From positions 1 to 64,000 of the forward strand of contig NW_026936910.1 of assembly GCF_032062105.1 (NCBI RefSeq): a stretch of DNA of 64,000 nt, in the 5' to 3' direction. This DNA comes from Saccostrea cucullata (Eukaryota). Positions 23,301 to 36,775 of this stretch are shown piece after piece (position 1 is the stretch's first letter; each line of letters starts with the position of its first letter). A program made the position numbers and the translations under genes. The notes under the pieces are model-generated. The model was not told the origin of the DNA, made no database searches, and worked only from the letters and a program-made list of their open reading frames with translations.

Positions 23301-26300
23301 CAAGCCCTCACTGCAGCATCTTCGCTAGCCAAGAGTTTCTGATACGCTACTCTCCTCATGAACCCTTGGCAGTACAGTGAAGTCAAAAGACAGGATTGTT
23401 TTCGTCATGTGATCTCGAATCTATCAAGTTTTTGTCACGTGATCTGGAATCTGTCAGGTAGGGACAGATTGTGTCATCGACAGAAATAAAGACGCATGTT
23501 TAAAAAAAAAAATTAAATCAAAGTGTTTTTTCAAGAATAATTAAGAAGCAATAATTGAATTATGTTATTTTAATATTTATAGTACAAATCTGACGCTTTA
23601 ATATAGATTCTTAATCACATATTTAGAAGATATTGGATGACACCATAGCTATTCATAGAATTGCATGTTATCTTATGGATCGTTGTTTACTTGCGTTTTT
23701 CATTCCCGAGATTAAAGAGTCAAGAAGTATCCCGAATGCCAATATCATCATTTACAAAATTGCTGATTGGTCGACCAGGTGTACCGAAGCCCAATCAGAA
23801 CTCAAGGAAAAAACCTAACTTCTATCAACACCGTATGCCACGGTATTATGAGGAGAGTAGCTTATCAGAAACCCTTGGCTAGCGAAGATGTCACTGCAGT
23901 AATAATATGTCCCATATGCTTGCAATATACATGTAGCAAATCGGAGTGGATCCACTCTAAAGCAATTTTGAAGAATACAAAAGGGGTTGCACTGAAATTT
24001 ATAACCATTTGAGATTGTTTGCCTTTTTATTCCCCCCAAAAATTCATACAAAGTTGAAAACACAAACTAATTTCTTCAATAATTTTTCGCTTCAAATTTA
24101 CACGCCATGTTTACATTTAGCATGTTTCAGAACTCTCAGGATTATTTGTAGTAAATGGACTGATTAAGATTTATCCCTTAATTGTGTTTATTTTGCTACA
24201 TTGCTAATACACAGAAGGAACCTGGTCCGTAAAACAATCATTTTAACGATAGAACGTTCTATCTATATTGTAAGTTCATGTCTTCAACATGTACTTTGGA
24301 ACAGGAGGGGCTTGCCAGAATCCATTCCTCTTCTGTCAACTTTTTTCCCATACTTTAAATCTTGATAAAAGTTTACTAATAAAGGCATTGAACATTGGGG
24401 CAATGGTTTAGACCCTTCAGATTCCCTCCTACTTTCATTCAACATGCAGAGGTTGCAGAGCACTATTCAAAGAAGGTTAAAAAAAAAATAAAAGACTGAA
24501 AGAGTGTTGTCTTTCATGTCGTCCCTCCCCCTCCTTCCCCCGAAATAGAATTGTCACGTTCGGACAATTTACTATTTTTCCCGAGGTAAATCATTAATTT
24601 TGTCCTCTTTAAATTTGCCCACTCCTATGCCTTGTATACTATAAAATGAAAAAAAAATAAATTTTGGGAAGGAATGGTCAAATTTAAAGAAGATTACTAA
24701 GTCGTGATGAGACCACAATATATAATGATCATGATGATGCAGATTTGACCTTTTAGTTTGTTGCAACTTTTGCATATTTGACATTTCTAGACCAAACTTA
24801 CTCCTACATGCCCATGAGTAAGAGCCATGCTTTATAATTTACCTTGGGGAAAAAAAACTAAAATTAGAAAATCGTCCAAACGCAAGCCAACAATCCTATT
24901 TCGTACTTTTTCCACGCATGAGTGAATAAAGCAGTCCCAGGGTGACCGTAAAGCAATCCAGGGGACTGCTTTCTGGATATTTTGGGTGTCACTCTGCCAT
25001 GGTTGGGATTGGTTGGTTGGGGGTGCATGGGGATGGGGGAATCAAAATTCTTTTGGTACCAATTTTTTTTAAACCAAACCACTTGTTCTTCTTCAAATAC
25101 ACTGCTACCTGTACATGTAAGTGTTGAAAGTAAGAATGCTAAATCTATGCCCCAATATTCAATGCCTTTACTAGTCTTTTTTTTTTTTTTTTTGGAAAAA
25201 AGGGGGGAGGCTCCAAGTCTCAAATGCCTGTAGGGGGTGGGGCACTCAAAGGGATGGATATGGTAATTGGAATATTTTGATTTTAAAGTGAATAAAAAGA
25301 TATTTGTGTTGAGTATTTCAATTAATAAGATGATTAATGTGCTAATTATGTTCTTTGAAATTCCTGATTAAATATACTCTCAGAGCTTTTAATAACTCAT
25401 ACTTCTTAATTAAAGCCTTTGTATGTGTCATTTTCATTTTTTGGTGAATACTATTGGTTGCATTGTATCTACATGATACAGGTCAGATATTTACAATTGT
25501 CAGAGACTGTTTGATTGGCTAATTTTTGAAAGTGTTAATTGCACCATACACACATTACATCACCAGGATCAGATAGTTGTATGTAATTATGTCAATTCTT
25601 CACGAGGGTCTATTTTTCAAGCAATTCTTTCCAGACAAGTTTTATATTTGTTCACACAAAACTGTTATTGATTTCTATTTTAATCAACTTTGAGTTATTT
25701 AAATACCAATGAACATGATGAAGCAAATTTTTAAATTAAAATATAGACTTCATTTAACCATGTATATATAGTTTAAAAAAAAATGTCATATCCATAGATC
25801 ATAATATTATGCATATGTTATAGAGTCTGATATACTAATATTTCAAAAAACAAAATGATGGGTCCATGTTTTTAAAATTCTGTACATTGATATTTGGAGG
25901 TGTAAATAAACTGAACCATTTTCTCCTTTTAAATCAAGCATATCCCTTGTCAATCATCTGTAGAATGGAATACAGCTTTAACTTGCTGTTATCTCAAATG
26001 CTGGTATTTAAGTACCAATCCATGTAGTGGGCATGTGCTAGTCAGTAGTGTATGTCTGTTATTTGGAAGACCCAACTGCTGATTCTTAATGTATATATAT
26101 AACTTCTAATATCTCAAATCATAGGAATCAGATATATATCTTAATTTTTTTTTTTTTTTTTCAGGGTCTATGATAAATCTTTAAAGAGTAGAAGAGAATG
26201 CATAGTTACCCAGGTTTGACTATACGCACTCTTTGTTATTCTTTTCCCAGGTGATCCTAAATGTCCCGTGGCCTCGTTTCTGCAGTACTTAACACATCTT

Positions 26301-26516
26301 CACCCAATGACGGAGGCGTTCTGGCAAAGACCGAAGCGGAACTTTGTGTCGGAGGATTATGTCTGGTACGATAACACCCCGCTGGGAAACAGCACAATCA
26401 GCAAAATCATGACCCGCACATGTCAGGTAGGTCAAGGTCAGATATTTAGTGACCTAATTTATAATCTTGGTAACCGCAGGTTTGTCACTTCATATTCACT
26501 TGGTATGATATCCCCC

Positions 26517-26549
<33 letters not shown>

Positions 26550-29500
26550 AAAAATAGATCTGTAAATCACACGTTTTATTTGTGAGAACTTTTATTTTTG
26601 TAATTACCTGAGAACATCTGTTCATAAAAATTAAATTATGCCCCCTTAGAAGAAGCGTTCTGTCTGTCTGTTCACCAACAGTCTCTGTTGACTTCATTTT
26701 TCTTTGCGCAGGTTGCACATACTGAAATTCTGCTTGAGTATGGTCAAGCAATATTGGACAGAGTTATGCCCTTGGACTTAGAAAATTTGCAGTTGTTTGC
26801 AGTTTCTATTCATTTTCTTTGTATAGGTTGCACATGTTGCACTTACTGAAATGAAATTTGGTTTACAGATATATCATTAAAATATTTTAAGTCAAATTCT
26901 GCTTTGGGTGTGATTGAGTAATTTTGGACATGGTTATGCTCTAAGACTCAGAAAACTTCGAATTTACTATAATAGAGGCCTTCCAGGTAAACACAAGGTA
27001 TTTAAACAGAATAGTGCTTACAATTGCACCAGAAACGGAATTGCAAAATATTATCACAAGTGTCTGTGAATCTAGTTTAAATATTGCGAAATCATTCAAC
27101 TACTGAACTAGTCAGGATCAATATGCAGAACCTTGTGATTTATTTTATAATTTACAAAATAGTTTGTTATAAAATAAGTATATTTAGAAATAATACAAAA
27201 AAGTATTGCAACATTCCAAATGAACATGATGAAAGTGTCTCAGCATTGCAAAATTTGATATAATTTTCCTTTTCGGTTTGCCCCAATTCTCACTGATCTT
27301 TACACCAGGCCAGTTTATTTTGACATTTTACATGTTTTACAAAAGCTTTCGCTATTGTAACTTGGAAAATTTTGCCAGCCAGCATGGTCCATATTTCCTT
27401 CCTCTTGAGCAAAGCAAATTTTGAGAGCAATTCACCAATGTTTTGCTTACCAACATTGAAATTTGTATGTGTTATTAGTTAATAGTTATTAGTTTGCTTT
27501 CTAGTAGAATATTTGAATTATAAAAGTAAAAAATTATTACAATTAACTTATACCAGTGTTTAAAACTCACTGTAAAATAAGCGAGACATGGAGGACTGAT
27601 TGATAGTTAAAGTTGTCTGCCCTGCTAAAAATCTACTAGCCCCCCCCCCCCCCCCCAAAAAAAAAATTGTTATTTGAAAAGTTTGATTTAGCCAAAATGT
27701 GAATGGGATCGACTCACTATATATTTGATTCCGGACCTATACGCATGATGAATTCTACCCATTTGCTTGTTACACTTTGCAACCAGTAATAGTTGATTTG
27801 AAAGTTTTATCAAATTTATGGAAAATTTTTACTCATCAAGCCGGGCGTCAAAATTTGTGCGTCTCGAGCAGTCGGGTGCAGGGTTATTATCTCACCTCAA
27901 CGAAGTTGGGGGAGCTTATGTAATACTGTCGGTGTCAGTGTCGGCGTCCCAGGTAAAGGTTAAGTTTTTTGAAGCAGTTTTCTTTTCAAGTACTTCTATG
28001 ACCTATATTGATTAGACATGCATGGAAGATGTTTCTAGTGTGTTTCATTGTACCAGTCAAAGTTTCAGATGCTGCAATTTCAACAAAGGAATGACCAGGT
28101 TTAATATTTTTGGAGCAGGTTAACATATTTGGTGCAGTTTTTGGTGTAGGTCTCATTTCCAAGTAACAATAAGCCCTATGTTGACCAAACTTGCATGGAT
28201 GGTACATCTTACTAGGATGCACACTACCAAGCTGCTGCTTGCTTTGGATGCTGAATCTGACCTACATTTTCCGCATGAGTAAACAGGTTTATGTTTTTGG
28301 TGCAAGTCTCATTTCCAAGTAACTATGAGCACTATAGTGACCAAACTTGCATGGATGATGAATGCAATACTGGTAGGATGCAATACTACCAGAATTGCTT
28401 CAGATGCTGAATCTGACCTACATTTTCCAGTTCAGTAAACAGGTAAAAGTTTTTGGTGCAGGTTTCATTTCAAAGATACTATGAGCCCTATAATGACCAA
28501 ACTTGCATGGATGGTACATCTTAGGATGCATACTGTCAGGCTTGCTTCGGATGCTGAATCTGACCTACATTTTCCGGTTGAGTGAACAGGTTAAAGTTTT
28601 TGGTTCAGGTTTCATTTCCAATTTACTATGAGCCCTATAATGACCAAACTTGCATGGATGGTACATCTAAGGATGCATACTTCCAGACTTGCTTCGGATG
28701 CTGAATCTGACCTACATTTTCCGCATGAGTGAACAGGTTTATGTTTTTGGTGCAGGTTTCATTTCCTAGGTACTGTGAGGCAGCCCTATAATGACTAAAC
28801 TTGCAAGAATGATACATCTTAGGATGAATACTACCAGACTTTTCTGGATGAGTGAAAAGGTTAAATTTTTTGGTGCAGGACTCATTTCCAAGTAACTATG
28901 AGCCCTATAAGGACCAAACTAGCATGGATGGTACATCTAAGGGTGCATTCTACTAGACTGACTTCGGATGCTGAATCTGACCTACACTTTCTAGATTTGT
29001 GAAAAGGTTCGTTTTTTATACAGGATTCATTTCCAAGTAACTTTGAGCTCTATGTTGAGCAAACTTGCATGGATGATACATCTTAGGATGCACACTAATG
29101 GACTTGCTTCAGATGCTGAATTCGACATACATTTTCCAGATAATGGACCTCGTAAAAGTTATGGGTGTAGGTCTATTACCAAGAAACTATAAGGCTTATA
29201 TAAACCGAACTTGCACAAATGATGCATCAAGGGATGAAAACTCTCAAACTTGCTTCAGATGCTGGATTTTAATTACGTTTTTATGATGAAGAACTAGTTT
29301 GAAGTTTTTATATAGGTCTATTCCAAAGTATCAAATCAAAATTGCATAAATTTTGCATTTTTGGATGTACACTTTTTGTTGGTTAATTGTGTGACTTGGC
29401 CTTACTTAAAGACAACATTCGTTGAGGTGAGCTCTGTAATCTCTGATTACCTATGTTTGGACTTTTGGAAAAATTCCATTTGGGGGGGAGGGGGCATGAG

Positions 29501-31638
29501 TGTTTTACAAACATCTCTTGTTTATTAGGATTTGAAATAACAATGGTAAATACGTGTATCATGAAAAAAAAGTTGTTGGGACCGCACACTCACTTTGGCA
29601 TTTCCCTGATATATCATTCTATTAGACTCAGTGTTGTGTAAAATAAAGTTTGAGTTTAACTGTATGTTGTCTATTTCAGATGGCAGGACTTTTTGAGAAC
29701 TACACAAATCATGCCATCAAGAGTACATACGTACCGGTCATAGAGAACATCTGCCAGGAGGCCGCCAGAAAGCGCGTGGAGGGGAGTTCCCCACCCCTGC
29801 AGCAGAGAAGACAGGTCTCACGTACAGACTCAGGAATCGGGGAGGGGTCAGTCTGCTCCGACGTCAAGGACGGTCAGACAGATGACCTTGATGAGCCCAA
29901 AGATGGTGAGAGGTCATAAATAGACAGTAATAATTATAGTTACTATAGTCATACCTTGCTATATGTATACTTGTATGCAATGTGATGGGACCAAGAAAAA
30001 ATGACATTATGGGGATTAGAGATAAAGTTCAACACTGATTTCTCAAATAATGAAATGTCAAAGTGATTTAGAGGTTACCTCATAATTAATGTATTTTACC
30101 AGATCTTATAGATCATATGTAGATATTTTAAGTCTTTGGATATCAATAAGTTTTTTTTTGTTCCCATTGATTTTGAGATATCGAGGTTGAATTTATCTGT
30201 ATTAGGTTAAAAAATAATAAAAAAAAAGAATGATGTATGAAATTCAATTTCATTTATAAACATGACATTGAAGATAGATCTGTTTTTAAACTGTATCTTC
30301 CTTTTTAGGACTACGCCAAGCTAAAATGAAGGTCCTTGACGTGGTCCATGGCCTGGAGGTCAAGGACATCCGTACTTTTGTGGAGTGGATCAAAACATTT
30401 AGGGTGGAGTATGATGGAGGGGGTAAGGAACATATTGAGAAAATCTTGGCATTTAAAATTATATCAAAGTTAATGAACCATGATAATGAACTGTGGATAA
30501 AAATTAAAAAAAAGTATCATAATCCACACTTCAAGAAACTACTAACAATTTAAGTGTCAAGTGAATCCTTTCTGAAAACTTTTTATTTTTAATATGATGG
30601 TCTGAATATTTAAGCTTACATGTTGAATAAGAGGTACAAAGAAAAAATAATGGCATGAATGAATTAATGCACAAATTGACATGAAATGAACTTTTTGATT
30701 ATTATTAATATGTATATTCTGTAGGTCTTGTGGTTATGTGCAGCCCAGTGGACCAAACCAACAGTGAAGCCAAGAGTGACATCAAACCAAAAATAGACCT
30801 GGGTCTCGTAAATGGGGACAGACTGCGAGAATACTCCCCCACCCCACCTCCCAAGAACAAGTCTGGATCCCCCTCCCCCATGGTTCTTAAGAATATTGAC
30901 CCCCTGTCCCGTCTTTCCCATCAGGACAGCAGAGAAAAATTGGTGGAGGATCGAGCAGAAGACCTAGGGGTGGCGGTGAAGCAGGTGGAGTTTGAGTGTG
31001 TTAACAACACCTACTGCTCCACGTCCAGCCTTGATCCTCTGAAGATCACGGTGCCCAGTGAGAATTCCGTCCTTCTGTCTGGAGTCTCAGACAGTGTCCA
31101 GGTACTGGTTCACAACAAAGACTCCCCCTCAGTCATTCCTGAGCCATTGAAGTCCCGAATCTTCTACTCTAAGCACGAGAAAGACGTGGCTGTTCTGTCC
31201 GTCTTGAGCAACAAAGATGGTAACTCCAAAACAGCCTGTGTCCCTTCTACGGCTGCCGCCGAGAAGACGGACTGCTCTAAAATACTGCAAGATAAACACA
31301 AGCCGGTAAAGAAGAGAAGTCTTACCGACTTGCATGCTGGGATACCGAGGGAGGAGTACGAAATGCCTCCCAGAAAACAGCCAGCCATCAGTACCATTCC
31401 TCCATTGATTCCTAAGTGTCAGCAGACGTCGGAGTTTAAGCCCACGTCTATTTACAACGTCCCAATGTTAAGCCAGGTGCCCCTCTACGACAGGCTGCCC
31501 CGGTCCAGGAACATGCCCTTCGCCCCGGTCCACAGGAGCCACAGCAGTCCCCTGATTACATTCGCTAACAGTGCACCCTCTACAGTGCTGAGGAACCCTG
31601 GGGAGAACGGGGATATTAAGAGGGAACAATACAAGTGA
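20395..31638 (+). CDS. Crypton-derived DUF3504 (degenerate tyrosine recombinase) protein, KCTD1-N/ZMYM/KIAA1958-like, with a long C-terminal extension
   Basis: Exon 1 20395-~20836 joined to ~22338-22578 across the misassembled block (YLKDFY...SLKFIRNGLQKYF...DIVKDRDFVHAN...IEFEDLKKLY...TLQNKVFF...NRGKD). Exon 2 26251-26426 (DPKCPVASFLQYL...FWQRPK...WYDNTPLGNSTISKIM). Exon 3 29680-29905 (AGLFENYTNHAIKST). Exon 4 30309-30422. Exon 5 30725-31638. All introns are GT-AG with compatible phases. Confidence 0.85.
20840..22330. other. Probable assembly artefact: chimeric duplicated segment
   Basis: 20840-21270 copies 19270-19730 interleaved with words from 22340-22700. 21275-21700 copies 23970-24380. 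21720-22320 is a frameshifted copy of 20245-20805 interleaved with words from 24570-24700. Confidence 0.8.
22695..23292. mobile_element. Non-autonomous DNA transposon with CAGGG termini and 5-bp TSD (hAT5-like)
   Basis: TCCTG|CAGGGTTCGACA...TGTCGAACCCTG|TCCTG; subterminal AGTCCG/GGACTA repeats. Confidence 0.8.
23317..23890. mobile_element. MITE with ~60-bp TIRs and 9-bp TSD (Mutator-like)
   Basis: TCACTGCAG|CATCTTCGCTAGCCAAGAGTTTCTGATACGCTACTCTCCTCAT...ATGAGGAGAGTAGCTTATCAGAAACCCTTGGCTAGCGAAGATG|TCACTGCAG. Confidence 0.88.
26635..26965 (+). repeat. Degenerate HINE remnant
   Basis: TTATGCCCCC start, CTGTCTGTCTGT microsatellite, and degenerate units like those at 600-1000. Confidence 0.5.
27884..29458 (+). 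mobile_element. HINE element with ~8 copies of a ~147-bp tandem unit
   Basis: 5' TTATTATCTCACCTCAACGAAGTTGGGGGAGCTTATG, (TGTCGG)n, units starting GACCAAACTTGCATGGATG at ~28183, 28338, 28495, 28642, 28792, 28912 and 29057, 3' CGTTGAGGTGAGC plus palindrome GTAATCTCTGATTAC...TGTT. Confidence 0.85.
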
Positions 31639-32183
31639 TAAGTCAGTGTTTCTGTATGAAGAAAGAAGGACCACATTATATCAGATTTTAGTCAGACTGA
31701 GTGTAGTTAATCTGTTTAGGTTGAGGTGAGTTTATTTAACTTTATCACCAGGGTAGTGATTTTTTGGGTTAATTGTGTCAACGAGGTCAGAGGTTGTAGG
31801 AGGAAGGACATTTATAATTACTGTCATATTTTGTATTAATTATAGGGATAAAGTTTTACTCTTAACTGGTGTTTCCATACATTTAAAACTGGTTTTTGAC
31901 TGGTTCAGTGAAAGAGTTAGTCTCCTTGTTACTGATATTGTATATTTTATCATACATTTTGATTTTTTTACTTCCATGTTTTCTAAATAGTTAAAATACT
32001 GGATCAGTGTATAAACACTAAATGTGTTTAACAGTAAAGCTTTGGTATATTTGTTTGTATACTTTGATAAGACACACATTTTACAAAACTGAATGTCTTT
32101 TAAAATCACTTTATTTACAACTTTTGCTGTGTCCATTTTGTAATTTCTCTTTTACATGTTTTAGGGATCAGATGCCCGATAAT

Positions 32184-32615
32184 AGAGAGGTTAAGCATTT
32201 TAGCGTGTATGTCTACTTGTACGTGTAAAGCTAGAAGTGATTTTACACGTATGCGTAACTATCGTTGTGTACAGTTTAACAAACTGTACTTGTAACTGTA
32301 AGTGTAAAACGTCATTTGAGCAAGGCACTTTACAATCCATTTGTATTAAATAAATCTATGACTGAAATAAAAAAACATACATTGGATGTACGTAATAAAT
32401 TCTCAACTTCATACCAAATACTGGCTGAAAAATATATATGCTGTAGTTTGATTTTAAAAAGCTACAAGTTTTCACTTACATGTACTTGCAAAGCTACACG
32501 TTATGTACAACTTGTAGAATTACGCAGTTTGCAAAACTGATGATGTAAATCGCATAAAATTAGGGGAATTCCCTAGTTACACGTAGACATACACGGTCAT
32601 CTGCTTAACCTCTCT
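32184..32615. mobile_element. MITE with 3-bp TSD (PIF/Harbinger-like)
   Basis: AAT|AGAGAGGTTAAGCA...CGTGTATGTCTAC ... GTAGACATACACG...TGCTTAACCTCTCT|AAT. Confidence 0.8.
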
Positions 32616-34259
32616 AATAAATCAGAAAAGGCTCAGTGTCTCCAGTGTAGGTTGCGGAGGATGGGAGTTGGGTTGGTGGGTTGTTATTGAAATATTATTT
32701 CTTTGAAAAAAATTCTATTCCCGGAATTCAGAATGTAAGATAATGATATTGAGCTAGAGGATCCTCCATCATGTAAAATGTTGTTGTCATGTTCCATGCA
32801 TGATTATGGAAAAACTCACTGGCTACTTTCAAGCTCTGTGAACCTTGTGAAAATAAAAAATAATTCATTTGACCTATAATACTGTTAAAGGAGAGACATC
32901 ATAATGTACATAATATCTACAAAAAACCAATTTCAGGTTTTCACATTTATGAATTCTTGAGATATTAGATATTACATTTATGTATTCTGCGACTGTTATT
33001 TTTCCGAAAAAAAGTTTTGTAAATATACTATTGCATAGAGCAAGCATACAATAGGAATTGCTCATTTAAATCGTTTAAAAGATGTTCTTATTTCCAGTAT
33101 GTACATGTACATGTAGATATGTAAAATATTTGTAAATAAGTATTTCTCGATCTGTAGATAGTTTAAAGCTTGCCTTATATTCTGTACCTTAGGCCGCTGC
33201 CTGACTGATTGTGTATAATGACCAATGTTTTTCTAGTTAGTCTGTTAGAAGGTTTTATAATTTTTAGAATTTAATTAATGAACATTTTTCATTGTTAGGT
33301 AACTATTAAATATATTGATGGAGGTAATATGTGTCACATTGTTCACATGTCATGGAAATATTCATTGCATTTCATTATAAAAAATATACCTTTAGTTAAT
33401 TGATGACAATGAATAACAATAATTTAATAACTTGACATACATTTTAACATTTGCAAATTAACAATACATTTTTTTAAAAGTTAGATGTAGAAATCTGATG
33501 TTTATCAAGCACTGTGATGTTGTTTCCATGGTAACAGAAAACAAACATTCCATAACACATTTTTTTTTCATTATTGATAGTTAGTTATTTGACATTTGTA
33601 ATATACATAGATACATAAACTATTCAATTGTCATTTTAAAGGTTGGAATTGTTAAAGGTTGATCATTAAACTTACCCGGTGAATGATTGTCTGTTTACTG
33701 AAGCATTTGAAGATTGTTAACATTTTAAGAATTTTGTTTCATTAAGATGGTGTTATGTTATATGTCTTGAATTAGTCTGTAGGATGCACTGCAGCTCCTC
33801 ATTCCAAGTTGTACACAAATTAAAATCAAAACAAATTTGTATAAAATACCTTATTTTTACTCCATATTAACTTTTACCCCTACACTTTTCCTGAAACTGT
33901 AATTTCTCAAAGTCTAACATTCTTTGTAGGATAAAAAAAAAATTATGCACAGTGCACTTTCTGTTAAAAGTTTCTGAAAGCAAAATGTTGTTCTAAAGTC
34001 CTTGATTGTTATATTTATTTTAAGACAATGTCAGACAGATCATAAAGGTGAACACTGCAAAGGAACATAATATGATATTGAAGCTAAAACATTGATGTTT
34101 AGTTTTACTTACTTAATATACAGCCAAAGATACATAAACTATTCAATTGTCATTTTAAAGGTTGGAATTGTTAAAAGTTGATCATTAAACTCACCCGGTG
34201 AATGTTTGTCTTTTTACTGAAGCATTTGAAGATTGTTAAGATTTTAAGAATTTTGTTTC

Positions 34260-34660
34260 AAGGGGAGATAATGACGAATTAATGGAAAATTAATGGCATC
34301 TTTTAAAAAGCTTCTTCTGCAGAACCACTAGCCTGTAAGATGCACTTAATGTTAATAACTTCCTCAGGTAGTGTTCCAAGTTTTTCACACAAATTAATAT
34401 CCTGATCAAAGTTTTACATAGGAATATATGGAGAAAAAAAATCTTTTTCTCCATACAAACAATGGGCCCATGACACTCATGTGGAAATCCTCAGGTAGTG
34501 TAGATTAATTTGTTCAAATCATGACCCCCGGAGCTAGGGTGGGTCCAAAAAAAAGTTTTACATAGGAATATATGAGAAACCTTTTAAAATCAAAATGTTC
34601 AAGTACTTCAAATCCATGCTTAGTGATATTTATATTTAATCAATCTCAGGTAGTATAGAT
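34260..34660 (+). repeat. Degenerate copies of the ~166-bp satellite/HINE family
   Basis: CCTCAGGTAGTGTAGATT...TTTGTTCAAATCATGACCCCCGG...AAGTTTTACATAGGAATATATG, matching the 6700-8840 monomer. Confidence 0.7.
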
Positions 34661-35499
34661 TAAAGGTGAACACTGAAAGGAGGTTAATATTCAAGCCCCC
34701 TTTAAAACAGTAAACTTTCAGTTCTGATCTGATATTCTTTTTCAGTATTTTAACTTATCAAAGAATGCATAGTTGGTTTTTTTCTTTTGTTTTTTTTTTT
34801 ATTTTGAAGGCATCTTTCAAATTATTTTTTGGTTTCACTGGAAGAGCATTCTTTTAAATAAACTGTACATTGATGTCTCTTTATATAAAAAATACGGTAT
34901 TTGCTCTAAAATGTCAGGATTGTTAAAATTGTGTTCTGTAGTTGCTATTGTAGTTGGCTTAGTATTGATCATTTTGATTGTTATTTCTGTTGCTGTGATA
35001 TTTCAAGTGGAAAAGTTCATATACAAAGAACAATAACAAACGAGTTCTGTTATCACAACATATTTTTTTTGAAATCTTACTTTGTTTTCTTATCACAACA
35101 TATTTTTTACCTCATGTGTAATTTATATTTTAGATTTCAAATGTTATGATAAGTTGATTTGTTATGATTAGATATTGTACAATGAAGAAAACACCCCCTG
35201 TCTTTGTTGACTGTGTCATGATTGTTATGGTGTTAAAATAGTGTTGAATGATTATAGTATTTCACTATACTCGCTATATTTTGTACTTGGGTACATTTGT
35301 AGTTACGTGCATCAGCTAGAGTGCTTGTATTCTATGCCAAATTGTCGTGTAAAATCTTTTGTTTTATATGATGATTATTAAATACTTTTGTTTTTATATT
35401 GTTAAGTCTCGTAGACTTGTCTTCATGGCTAGATGTAATATTGTCTCATTGTTTTATACATGTTTATTAAAAGCCTTCCCAAAAGTTAAGTTTCCTTTC

Positions 35500-35985
35500 A
35501 TTTTTAGCTCACTTCCACCAAGTCCACCTACTCTAGGCATTGTGTCTGCCTCAGCATTAGAATCAGGAGTCCCAGTTAAAGTTTTGGGAGCATGTCCATA
35601 AACTATTATGGATGACGCATACAGGGATGGACACTAACAGACTTGCCATGAATCTTGGGCCTGACCTACATTTTCAAGATGAGCGACAAGGTTCAAGTTT
35701 TAAGAGCAAGTCCATTCCTAAGTAGCTTTAAGCCTTACATAGACCAAATTTGACATTTCTAAACTTGCATTGATGATGCATCTAAAGATGGACACTTTCA
35801 AGTTTGTATTGGATGCTGGATCTGACTTGCATTTTCATTTTCAGGGTGAGAGCAAGGTCAGTGGTTTTGGAGCAGGTTCATTCACAAGTAATAAAACCTA
35901 AATTGTCTAAACTAGCATGGATATGCATGTAAGATCGATCACTATCAGGCTTACTTCAGATGTTGGATCTGACGTACATTTTTAG
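35500..35985 (+). repeat. Degenerate HINE of the 27884-29458 family
   Basis: TTTTTAGCTCAC start; units GATGCTGGATCTGAC.TACATTTT and AAACTTGCAT.GATGATGCATCT. Confidence 0.6.
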
Positions 35986-36775
35986 CTATCCTGAAAGAGC
36001 TTATGTAATGACAGTTTGTGAAATGTGATTGAACGTATATGTATTAGAACAAACGCCATATATCTAGATCTGAAAAAAAAACCTTGGTCAATTTTTTGTA
36101 AAATTTGTTACAAGTGCGCTCTCCGATGCGACCCTTAAACAAAAAGAGATAATCAGAAAAATTAAATGTACATGTTGCTAGAAAATATTCTCAAGAACCA
36201 ATGGGTAGATTGTCACCAGTCAGATATGTTGTGGATTGAAAATTGTTCAAGACATCAACCTTAAGGAAAAGGTTGTCCCAAGGTCACTTCAAAGTTAACC
36301 AAAGTCAAAGTTTTGTTAAAACTTTGATATTTTGATTACTTTGGTGACTAGGATCATCAAGTCTTGTCAGTTGACCTCATATCATGTTGAATTAAGAGTA
36401 GGTAACTATGACCTACTTTTTGAATTTTGCAGGCATATTTGGGGCATTTTAAAACATACGATCATCACACTTCGTCAGTTGATGCATCTTGGATCCCCAA
36501 AGTATGTCAGCTATACTAATGAAAACAGGAGGGGATACTGTAGATTTGAAAATTTACAAAGGGTAGGAATCCTTGTTGTATATAAAGAAATTCATCACCC
36601 AAACAGAACAATAGCACACTCCCACAATCTTCACGAGATGCTACCGGTGACCAAGGGTGTAGTGTCTAAAATTTGTATATCTCTGAACTGGAATGGTTAA
36701 AGCCACTCTAAAGAACAATTTTGAAGAGAAAGCATCAGATTGTCAGTTGTTGAAATCGTTAATTAAACGGAGACT

